A stretch of 64,000 nt of DNA. Origin: Candidatus Latescibacterota bacterium. GTDB taxonomy: Bacteria; Latescibacterota; UBA2968. A model generated the notes under the pieces. The model ran no database searches, had not been told where the DNA came from, and saw only the letters and a program-made list of their open reading frames with translations. The stretch lies in assembly GCA_965207885.1 (NCBI GenBank), contig OZ242311.1, forward strand, positions 4,320,001 through 4,384,000, read 5' to 3'. Shown here in pieces: positions 1-8,700 of this stretch (positions are counted from its first letter, which is position 1; every line of letters begins with the position of its first letter). Made by a program: the position numbers and the translations under genes.

Positions 1-1
1 G

Positions 2-1171
2 ATCGGATAATGTCATAATTCTCGTGCGAAAGATCAACGGTGGCACCGACGCATGCCCTGGGATTAACACCTCGACCGTATTTTCTTTTGATGATCCCAA
101 TGTCAAGGTTGTCTGTGCCCTACCTTTGGTATTGGTAGTGCCGGTGGTGGTACTGAGTGAGCCACCACCTGAGGTGACGGTAAAAGACACCGGCACACCA
201 GCAAATGCTTTATTTCTCTGATCCCGCACTTCCACAACGTATGGGGCAGACAAAGTCGATCCGGGCGTGCCCTCCTGCCATTGCCCGGAGGCTATGACCA
301 ACTTCGTCGGCGTGCGGGAATCGAATCTTACGCGGACCCCGCGGCCCTGAAGGACCGGAATGTGCGTATTGAGGGAAGGATAGCTCAGAGGGTTTTCTTT
401 CAAAGAGACCTCGTCGCCATTTCCCAATCCCGTGTTTACTACCAATGGCGAGATGTCCAGGATGGCGTTTCTAAGAAGACTCAGCAGTGTCAGATCAGTT
501 AAGTTAGAAAGCGGAGATATATCCGAAATACTATTGTCCCACAGCTTCAGTTGCTTTAGACGGATTAAGCCCGCGAGGTGCGAGAGATCTGATATACTGT
601 TCTGGCTAATATCCAGAAACGTAAGTAGAGTTAAGTTGGAAAGCGGAGACGCATCCGAGATTGAGTTGCGCTCAAGATCCAGAAAAGTTAGACGGGTTAA
701 GTTGGAAAGCGGAGATACGTTCGAGATTGAATTGTGCTGGATATCCAGAAATGTCAAGCGAGTTAAGTTAGAAAGCGGAGACACATCCGAAATACTGTTG
801 CCTGCAAGTCTTAGCGTTTTCAGGCTGGTTAAGCCCGATAGGGGCGAGAGGTTGGAGATGTCGTTGCTGTTGATATAACGACCACCTTCTCCCCACTCGC
901 CACCGAGATAAAGATGAGTCAATCCGGTTGCATACTCAAGCCCAGTCAGGTTGTGGATATTCGCATCCTGCGCGTCAATGCGCGTCAATGTCGCCATTTC
1001 CGCCCGGGTAATCGTCGTACCGCTTGCCTTGTCTAACGAGTCCTCAATGACAGCCCTCAGGTTCACGTCGGGGATAGTTACGGCCTGGTTCTGCGCGCTA
1101 CTTTTGCCGCAGACGGCAAAGAAAATTAAAAGTATGGTAAAGACAGAAGATATATAACGGCAAAAAATCAT
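2..1171 (-). CDS. Secreted leucine-rich-repeat (internalin-like) protein followed by an Ig-like domain; runs off the left edge
   Basis: Manual minus-strand translation from ATG at 1171 (GAGGA upstream): MIFCRYISSVFTILLIFFAVCGKSSAQ signal-like, IPDVNLRAVIEDSL cap, repeats like SPLSNLTRLTFLDLERNSISD, then GQWQEGTPGSTLSAPYVVEVRD..GVPVSFTVTSGGGSLS. Absent from the ORF track because it is edge-truncated. Confidence 0.9.
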   Translation of the reverse strand, partial: MIFCRYISSVFTILLIFFAVCGKSSAQNQAVTIPDVNLRAVIEDSLDKASGTTITRAEMATLTRIDAQDANIHNLTGLEYATGLTHLYLGGEWGEGGRYINSNDISNLSPLSGLTSLKTLRLAGNSISDVSPLSNLTRLTFLDIQHNSISNVSPLSNLTRLTFLDLERNSISDASPLSNLTLLTFLDISQNSISDLSHLAGLIRLKQLKLWDNSISDISPLSNLTDLTLLSLLRNAILDISPLVVNTGLGNGDEVSLKENPLSYPSLNTHIPVLQGRGVRVRFDSRTPTKLVIASGQWQEGTPGSTLSAPYVVEVRDQRNKAFAGVPVSFTVTSGGGSLSTTTGTTNTKGRAQTTLTLGSSKENTVEVLIPGHASVPPLIFRTRIMTLSD

Positions 1172-1183
1172 AAATTTCCTCGC

Positions 1184-1480
1184 TCACTTTCTGTGGATCT
1201 CGCATTTGACCTCTGCTCGCTCACATAGCTTTGTCCATTGATACAGCGCGGTCCCATAACTCATGCGCTGATCTTTGTATTTTCCCGTCCTGAAGAGTGG
1301 TCCCGCGGTTAAATCTTCATTGCGAAGATACGCGCGCAATAGTTTCAGGCTTTCAAACTCAAAGGGCAACGGGACCTCGCGCTCGTACTCTCCTTTGCCT
1401 CTGAACCGCATACCCTCCTGCCCAGCACTCAGGACAATATCCTCAACGTAAATGCCCAGATACGAATCCCAGTTTCGGCC
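1184..1480 (-). pseudogene. Tyrosine recombinase/integrase internal fragment
   Basis: LGIYVEDI..FRGKGEYEREVPL..LRAYL..GPLF..LCERAEVKCEIH matches the Xer/Int catalytic core; it stops at the first His of H-x-L-R-H and lacks the N-terminus and catalytic Tyr. Confidence 0.7.
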
Positions 1481-1578
1481 AGCAGAGTGAACACCAGGCA
1501 TCTCAGCACTGTTGATCTATATCAAACCACATCTTCGATGCTCACATTATAGTTGCATAAATACACCTGATTCGCTCA

Positions 1579-2310
1579 TTACCGACACATTTCCTTATTT
1601 ACCTTTTTCCTTTCTACCTCTTGATCTTGATGATATCTAATGGACAAGCAAACTTCAAGAATACGATTATACACTAACCAGGTGCCTTCTCTTTTTCCGT
1701 TTATATATTCACGCCTTGATTTGTACCCTTCACTGAAATGAAAAACCGATTTGCCGTGCGCCTTGCCATCTACAAAGGAGATTTCCCTTACGGACCCATC
1801 TCTCTCACGGAGGACCCATTTGCCGTGCGGCTTGCCGTTCACATAGAAGCGTTCCTCTACGGCTCCATCCAAGTGACGCCAGATCCATTGCCCATGCTTT
1901 TTGCCATCCACATAGGGACCTTCCTCTACGGTCCATTTCGAGGGACGATGGACCCATTGTCCATGAAAATTGCCTTTCTGGAGGTGCCCAGTGTCCGTCC
2001 CTAAAATTTTAAGAGAGTCTCCGTCAGTAACAGCCCAGGTAAGCGTTCCTTCCCCATGAGCCAAATTTCCTGAACACTTGCCAGACCAGGTCACGGTCTC
2101 GTCTTTCTGAAGGTAAGGATTCCAGATATAGCATTCAGACTGGTTGGTCAACGCCATCCAACAACTGGAGCCTACAGGCTTTCCGCCACACGTTTTCCCG
2201 GCACTGATCTCCGGCGGCAGTTGAGCGGATGCCGGACCTGTCAACACAAGCGCCGAAATGAAAAAGCCAATAAGCATTTTTCGCCTGGCGTGTCGCTTTA
2301 TTTGATCCAT
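1579..2310 (-). CDS. Secreted MORN-variant repeat (YwqK-like) protein with Cys-rich N-terminal module
   Basis: Signal-like N-terminus, CxGK.GSSCW..CYIWN..TWSGKCSGNLAHGEG, repeats EGPYVDGKKHGQW / YVNGKPHGKW. Confidence 0.8.
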   Translation of the reverse strand: MDQIKRHARRKMLIGFFISALVLTGPASAQLPPEISAGKTCGGKPVGSSCWMALTNQSECYIWNPYLQKDETVTWSGKCSGNLAHGEGTLTWAVTDGDSLKILGTDTGHLQKGNFHGQWVHRPSKWTVEEGPYVDGKKHGQWIWRHLDGAVEERFYVNGKPHGKWVLRERDGSVREISFVDGKAHGKSVFHFSEGYKSRREYINGKREGTWLVYNRILEVCLSIRYHQDQEVERKKVNKEMCR

Positions 2311-2314
2311 CCTT

Positions 2315-2980
2315 TTAAAATCGCAGCACAGCCTTTACAAATGCTTGCCGACGGGGGTAAGAAATCCCAAAAGACAATGGGGAGATGCGCCGTTTCTCGG
2401 AAAGTGATTGTATGGGAAGCATGTTTATTCTGTCTCTGATTTTACAGTAAAATTCTTGTTCTTTTCCGTTGTCAACTCGCACATGTAAGGTTTCCCCAGA
2501 TTTGTCCTTCATTACAAAATGGGTATTCTCTCGCAAGAGAACGCGTTCGGGGAATACTCCCTTTGATACCAGGGTAATCCCTGCTGATATTGTACTTTTT
2601 GCATAAGGTGATTCCAAGAACTCCCACCCATCTTGTTCATCTAAGACTGCACATAGTGCATACACTCCAAAAGTTATCCCCGCAAGACCCAGATCGTGAA
2701 AAAGTTTTCTCCACGCACCCGTTTCTCTGTGCATCCCTACTTTTACAGTATCATCCATCCCGAATTGTGCAACTAATAGGTTTGTCTTCTGGGCATATAC
2801 ACGAATTGTTTTTTCGTCACACTTGACAATTGCGGGAAACCAGTCTCCCTTATCTGAAACTCGATAAGCTGTTATTCCACCTGAAAATGTACAAATATCT
2901 GCTGACACCTCATGGGCTACCGCAACTGTGAAAAATCCCAATAAGATTGTAAAAAGAATGCCTTTGATTACGCTCTGCAT
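2315..2980 (-). CDS. Hypothetical exported/membrane protein
   Basis: 221-aa ORF with AAGGAAGG RBS; signal peptide MQSVIKGILFTILLGFFTVAVA resembles that of the 4732 gene. Confidence 0.7.
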   Translation of the reverse strand: MQSVIKGILFTILLGFFTVAVAHEVSADICTFSGGITAYRVSDKGDWFPAIVKCDEKTIRVYAQKTNLLVAQFGMDDTVKVGMHRETGAWRKLFHDLGLAGITFGVYALCAVLDEQDGWEFLESPYAKSTISAGITLVSKGVFPERVLLRENTHFVMKDKSGETLHVRVDNGKEQEFYCKIRDRINMLPIQSLSEKRRISPLSFGISYPRRQAFVKAVLRF

Positions 2981-3026
2981 AGGTGTACCTTCCTTTCGTT
3001 GGTGATTCTGTTAGGTGTAGGTGAAT

Positions 3027-3068
3027 AAAAAAACACCACCTCTTTTCCTTCCCACACAAGAGGTAAAG
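3027..3068 (-). terminator. Putative intrinsic terminator
   Basis: Minus strand ACCTCTT-loop-AAGAGGT followed by GGTGTTTTTTT. Confidence 0.45.
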
Positions 3069-3085
3069 AGATAAAGAGTCAGGAG

Positions 3086-3456
3086 TTAAAGATCCCGGGC
3101 AACTCGAAAACCGATGAAGTCGTCCCGGTTCTCGGTGGGAAGCCTGAAGCGAGCCGCAGAACGCAAGAAACTCGGTAAGCTAAACCACGAACCACCACGC
3201 AACACGCGCATTCTGCAGTTCCCAAACAGCCAGGCAGATCCATCTGTCGGTGCCCTTCGTAATTCTCGTTCCAACAATCTTGTACCCATTCCTCTACATT
3301 CCCGTGCATGTCGTGAAGTTCCCATCTGTTGGCACTGAAGGAATCCACCGGAGATGAGTGTCGCTTATCCCACTGACTGCCGCAACCCGAGCAATTGGCA
3401 CGGTTAACACCAATGTCGTTCCCCCAGCTATACGTTGTTGTTGAGCCAGCACGCGC
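3086..3456 (-). pseudogene. FGE-sulfatase (SUMF1/C-type-lectin-fold) C-terminal fragment, frameshifted
   Basis: Joining two frames at ~3253 gives ARAGSTTTYSWGNDIGVNRANC..LHDMHGNVEEWVQDCWNENYEG/APTDGSAW..RVLRGGSW..LRSAARF..IGFRVARDL*; no start codon or N-terminus. Confidence 0.85.
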
Positions 3457-3489
3457 AACACAACGCCAGTAATCCAGTGACTTTAGTCA

Positions 3490-3650
3490 TCACCGCGACC
3501 GCCTAAGACCGTTTACATAGGTCTCTGTGCGTGTGCGTCCGGACGAGTCACGCCTAACATAATCGCCGTGCCTCTTGCCGTCCACATAAGGGCCTTTCTT
3601 TACTGTTCTGCCGTAAGTCTCGACCCAATGGCCCGGACAGCTTGCCCTGT
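3490..3650 (-). pseudogene. Orphan MORN-variant C-terminal cassette
   Basis: GHWVE..KGPYVDGKRHGDYVRR..RTETYVNG parallels the C-terminus of the upstream 3683-4732 protein. Confidence 0.6.
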
Positions 3651-3682
3651 CCACAAACGCGATCGGGAAACTTCTGCAAAGA

Positions 3683-4732
3683 CTATTGCTTCTCGCCATT
3701 CACATAAGTTGATGTTTTTGTTCTAACTATTTTGCCGCCTGCCATTACACGCTCGACCCATTGCCCGTGCCGCTTGTCATCCACATATGAGCCTTTCTCT
3801 TCTTCATATCCATCACTCCATCCCCCCCACGCGCCCCTGGATCTCAAGACCCATTCGCCGTGTCGCTTGTCGTTCACATAGAGACCTCCCCAATCTCCAC
3901 TCGCCTCCGGGTGACTATAGACCCACTGCCCGTGCCGCTTCCCTTCCTTATAGAGGCCTTTCTCTGTGGTCCTACTATCCTCCCACCGTACAACCCACTG
4001 CCCGTGCCGCTTGCCTTCCACATAGGGGCCTTCAAATATGCCCCCATTCCCCCGTTCAACCCACTGCCCATGCTTCTTGCCTTCTACATAGGGGCCTTCC
4101 TCTGTCATGAACGTACCCCACCGTACAACCCACTGCCCGTGCCGCTTGCCTTTCTGGAGATGCCCTGTTGATGTAATTGAGCCTCCGTCAGTAAAAGCCC
4201 CGGTAAGCGTTCCCTCCCCATGAGCCAAATTTCCTGAACACTTGCCAGACCAGGTTACGGTCTGCTCCGTATAGTAGTAGTCATTCCAGACATAGCATTC
4301 AGGATGGTTGGTCAATTCCATCCAACAACTGGAGCCAAAAGGCTTTCCAGCACACATTTCCTCAGCACTGATCTCAGTCCCTTCAACTTCGAGCAATAAC
4401 ACCAGTGCCTCCCTATAGAACTGTCCCTCTCTCCCTGTTGCTGACAGATACTTGTTTACCGACTCATGCGCGATCTTGATTGAATCTGCTGACCAGGCCA
4501 CACGCGCATATTTGAAGTGAAACTCGTCCGGCAATGTGAAGTTGTGCTCTTTTTGTAGCGCGATGATCTTTTCCATCACATTGAAGGCACCTGCATAGTC
4601 TTCTTTTGCATGTAACTGGTCTGCCTGAATCAGATGTTTATCTACCATGATCTCTGGCGGTAGTTGGGCAGATGCAACCGTGAAAAATCCCAGCGAAAAT
4701 AGAACGAAAATACTTCTGATGACGCTCTGCAT
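3683..4732 (-). CDS. Secreted protein: helical N-terminal module, Cys-rich module and MORN-variant repeats (YwqK-like)
   Basis: Likely start MQSVIRSIF at 4732 after AAGGAG; about six EGPYVEGKRHGQWV repeats. Confidence 0.85.
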   Translation of the reverse strand: MQSVIRSIFVLFSLGFFTVASAQLPPEIMVDKHLIQADQLHAKEDYAGAFNVMEKIIALQKEHNFTLPDEFHFKYARVAWSADSIKIAHESVNKYLSATGREGQFYREALVLLLEVEGTEISAEEMCAGKPFGSSCWMELTNHPECYVWNDYYYTEQTVTWSGKCSGNLAHGEGTLTGAFTDGGSITSTGHLQKGKRHGQWVVRWGTFMTEEGPYVEGKKHGQWVERGNGGIFEGPYVEGKRHGQWVVRWEDSRTTEKGLYKEGKRHGQWVYSHPEASGDWGGLYVNDKRHGEWVLRSRGAWGGWSDGYEEEKGSYVDDKRHGQWVERVMAGGKIVRTKTSTYVNGEKQ

Positions 4733-4760
4733 GATGTCTCTCCTTTCATTATTTGACCTG

Positions 4761-5390
4761 CTATCGCTGTGTGCAGCCCCACACGCGCACACGGCATGAT
4801 TTTCCACCTCTTCGTCGGCATTCGCTTAGTGCCCTGTTTTGCGCTGCCACGCTACTGTTATCCTTTCCCCAGCCATAGATGGTGCTGCCCGGCTCTTGAT
4901 CCGCCGCGAAGGCACCGCATTGGTCGCTGAATCTCATGACCACATGGCAATTGTTGCCGCACTCGGCAAGTGCCCGCTGTTCCGCCTGTTGAGCAGTCGG
5001 ATAGTTGATGGCCCAGCCCCACGACGGCCCTTGATTCGAGTCAATGGCGAGTGCTCCCCACAGCGTAGTATTCGCTGTTTGATCGCCTTGAGTCAGTGCT
5101 GGCGCATCGAAGTGGCTGCTCATACCGGACATTTCGATAACGGTAAATGTGTTCGTAAACGCCATGAACTCGTCCGCGGCCTGGTAAGCGTCCATGGAAT
5201 CGTAGGAACCGCCAGTTTGGGCTGTAACCTGGCGCAGATCCTGTGCCGCTTGCGCGTTCGGAGTCATGCTATACCCCAACAGCAAGCTATTTTTGCCATG
5301 TCCACCCTCTTGAGAAAAAGCCTGCGATCCCCAACTGATCGCAGCCACAACCATAGCGGCCTTTACCATTGTTCTTGCAATACGGTTCAT
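4761..5390 (-). CDS. Secreted DUF4189-domain protein
   Basis: C-terminal WGALAID..GWAINYPT..AEQRALAEC..C.V.MRF.DQCGAFA..AQNRALSEC..C.VRVWGCT; signal peptide; AGGAG RBS. Confidence 0.8.
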   Translation of the reverse strand: MNRIARTMVKAAMVVAAISWGSQAFSQEGGHGKNSLLLGYSMTPNAQAAQDLRQVTAQTGGSYDSMDAYQAADEFMAFTNTFTVIEMSGMSSHFDAPALTQGDQTANTTLWGALAIDSNQGPSWGWAINYPTAQQAEQRALAECGNNCHVVMRFSDQCGAFAADQEPGSTIYGWGKDNSSVAAQNRALSECRRRGGKSCRVRVWGCTQR

Positions 5391-5463
5391 TGTAAGTCTC
5401 CTATATGAAGGATGAGTAGTTGCCCGCAGGGCAGTCGCCTGGGACTCGAATTTGATTTACAAA

Positions 5464-5480
5464 TGCAAAAAGCGTGCCAA
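5464..5480 (-). promoter_or_regulatory. sigma54 (-24/-12) promoter
   Basis: Minus strand TTGGCACGCTTTTTGCA = GG-N10-GC consensus, ~75 bp upstream of the DUF4189 start and adjacent to a sigma54 activator gene. Confidence 0.9.
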
Positions 5481-5510
5481 TGTGAGCATTGTGTTCCAGA
5501 CATATACTCG

Positions 5511-5523
5511 TAACAGGTTGTTT
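5511..5523 (-). promoter_or_regulatory. IHF-like site
   Basis: AAACAACCTGTTA vs WATCAANNNNTTR (1 mismatch) with an AT-rich flank, between the promoter and the putative enhancers. Confidence 0.45.
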
Positions 5524-5590
5524 TATATAAAGAAAAAAGCCAATCTGACTATATAATATCGCCGCAAAACAGTCGGATTGGCTTTTGCAT

Positions 5591-5648
5591 AAGACTTTAT
5601 ACGGTCTTATATAAGACGTATTATGGTCTTGAGACTATAGTACGTCCT
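5591..5648. promoter_or_regulatory. Three palindromic sites (AAGAC-N8-GTCTT), putative enhancer/UAS for the adjacent activator
   Basis: AAGACtttatacgGTCTT (5591-5608), AAGACgtattatgGTCTT (5613-5630), GAGACtatagtacGTCCT (5631-5648); about -138 to -195 from the predicted sigma54 TSS. Confidence 0.65.
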
Positions 5649-5749
5649 TTTTTGTTTGCAAGTGTGAGAGTCAATAATTATGTTTTCCTTTGCAAATGGG
5701 AGATACACTATGAACCCGTTTTTTTTCTTCACATCACAAGGTTCTTTCC

Positions 5750-8700
5750 ATGACCAAACCTCTTGACCGCACGGGCACCTGGCAGACGTATTCTCTGGAT
5801 AGCGGCCTGGCCGGGATGCGCATTGAACACATTGCGCAAGATAGTGAGGGTTGTCTCTGGTTCGCCACCTGGGACAACGGTGCCAGCCGATTTGATGGAG
5901 ACGAGTTCCGAAATTTTACCGAACGAGACGGTCTTTGTAGTGACCGGACTTTTTTTGTTCAAAAGGACAGTCGTGATCGGTTGTGGTTCGGTACATCAAA
6001 GGGCGTATGCTGGTACGACGGGGCAAATTTTCACCATTTGAAGGACGATGGCATTGCAGGCCGATCCGTGCAGTGCATCTACGAAGACAGTGAGGGACGT
6101 ATATGGTTCGGTGGCAAGAGTACTCTGGGATATTACGATGGCACTGCTTTCCACGACATGACCCCGCTCTACCTCCAGCGCTACGAGCAGCCTCCCTCTC
6201 CTAAGGTTTCTTTTTGTTGGGGTATCACCCAGGATATGGAAGGTCACCTGTGGTTTGGCTTTGACTACCTCATCCGCTTTGATGGGCAATCCTTTTACCG
6301 CTATGATGAGAAAGAGGGTTTTCCCAAAGATGCGGTCGCCTATGTTTTGGATAGAGACCATACCGGCAAAGTGTGGATCGGTCGGTTCGAAAATCGAGAT
6401 GAACTCTGGTGCTATGCCGATGGCACTTTCCAGTCTGTTCAGGTAGATTTGGGGGGGTGGCTGCGCAAAATTCAGTGTGATCGGGAAGGGCGAATATGGT
6501 TCTGTACCTCAGAGGGAGTACTATATCAGGACGGTAATAGATTCAGCAGGTTTCCCCTTGTCGATGGCTTGCATCCCGCAGTCAAAGCCGTATTTCAGGA
6601 TGGCGAGGATCAGTTTTGGTTCGCCACCTGGAGTGGCATTGGGCTTTACGATGCGCATAGTATCAGCGTTTTTGACCCCGATAAGGTGTTTCCCAAAGAT
6701 ATAGAGCCGTGCGAGATCTCTCAGCTTGTGCAAGACAGTCGTGGTGATATATGGATCGGGTATATTTCTCCCATTCTGGCTTCTCTGGGCAAAAGAGTCG
6801 CCCGTTTTGATGGTAAGGACTTTGCATTCTTAGGCCCCGAGCAAGACTTTGCTATCGACAACTGTCTTTCTATCTACGAGGACCACGAGGGGTATTTGTG
6901 GTTTGGCGGCGGCACTGGCCTGTTCCGCTACGATGGACAAAAAATAGAAAAAACGGAAATAGCGACAGGCTTAGGCGAAAAGAGTATCAGCACAATTACC
7001 CAGGACGCACAGGGACAATTCCTTTTTGGTCATTGGGAAAGCGGCACGCCAATAAATAGAGAAGATTTTCTTATCAGTCCATTAAAGCTCATTTACCAGC
7101 AAGGAGAGCAGTTCCAAACCATTTTTGTGGAGAAAGAAAAAAAAGATGCTTTTAGTCACATTAGTCGCATCGGTACTGTGATTGTCGGACGCACGGGCGA
7201 GGTCTGGTTCCATCTGGCCTACCATAATTTCTCCGACACCGACAAGGGCTTCGCGCGCTGGCATCCCAAAGATGGGCTCAAATTTTATGGACTTGAAGAT
7301 GGGCTGATAGACGATAGGGTCACCGATCTTTTGGAAGACCATCAGGGAAACCTGTGGATCGCTACTCAGGGTGGTCTGGCTTGCTTTGATGGTAGCAACT
7401 TTCAGGCCTTCACGATTGAAGATGGCTTGCCGAACAATCGCATCCGTTGTCTATTCGAGGATTCGCGAGGACACCTCTGGCTCGGTACAGACGGGGGTGT
7501 GGTTCACTACGATGGTCAGCATTTCCAAACGATCAAGTCACCGCATATAGGATTGGTTTGCAAGATACTCGAAGATCGCGATGGAAATTTCTGGTTTGGC
7601 ACTGCGCTGGGTTCTATCATACGCTACCGTCAGCGGCAAACGCCGCCACAGATTCGCCTGCTTCGGGTGATTGTCGATAAGGTCTATGAGAACTCGAAGG
7701 AAGTCATTGTATCCACGGCAGGACAGCAGGTGATTTTCGAGTACAAAGGCATGAGTTTTTCCACCCATCCCCGCGACATGCTCTATATCTATCGCCTGGA
7801 GGGATACGATTCTGACTGGCAGCCTGCGACGCGAAAGATGCGGGTGCATTACCGGGACTTGCCACCGGGAGACTACGCTTTCCAGGTCAGGGCGATAGAT
7901 CACGACCTCAATTATTCAGAGATAGCGCAAGCGCGACTCTCAGTAGAGCCTGACCCACGTATCGAAGCATTTACGGACGTAATCAACCATCGAGGAAGCC
8001 AGAAGTTTATCGGTCATAGCGCAGCACTGCGCCAGTTTCAAACCAATCTTGAAAAAATTGCACCCACCAATATAACCGTGCTGATTATGGGCGAGACGGG
8101 TGTGGGCAAAGGACTGGCGGCGCGGGTGTTACACGCGCTGAGTGCCAATAGCGAGGGGCCTTTTATAGAGGTCAGTTGCGGCGCACTGCCCGAGGCATTG
8201 ATCGATAGCGAACTGTTTGGTCACGAGAAAGGGGCGTTTACCACTGCAGTTTCCCACAGATTGGGCAGGGTGGAACTGGCGAAGGGTGGCACACTCTTTT
8301 TAGATGAGATTGGGGATATGGCTCTTGAAACGCAGGTCAAGCTGTTGCGCTTGCTGGAAGAGGGCACATTTGAGCGCGTTGGGAGCAGCGAGACACTGAC
8401 GGCGCAGACGCGCATTGTGGCAGCGACCAATCGCGACTTAAAGGAGATGGTCAGCACAGGTGATTTTCGGGAGGATCTCTATTACCGCCTCAATGCCTTT
8501 CTGATGTATTTGCCGCCGCTGCGCGAGCGCAAGGAAGATATACCGGAGTTGGCCGAGTATTTCAAGGATCGTCTATCAGCACATATAGGCAAGCAAACAG
8601 ATCCTTTGACGCCAGAAATCATCAAGATATTGCAAACCTATGATTGGCCAGGCAATGTGCGGGAACTGGAACATACCATACAACGGGCAGTGATCTTGTG

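Noticed and set aside
24-1157. Plus-strand ORFs 24-221, 281-502, 432-878 and 951-1157
   Set aside because: Antisense shadows of the minus-strand LRR gene
3086-3240. Diversity-generating retroelement (the FGE/CLec C-terminus RGGSW..GFR is a common DGR target)
   Set aside because: No reverse transcriptase and no second copy differing at adenines is visible in the window; the fragment is a frameshifted remnant
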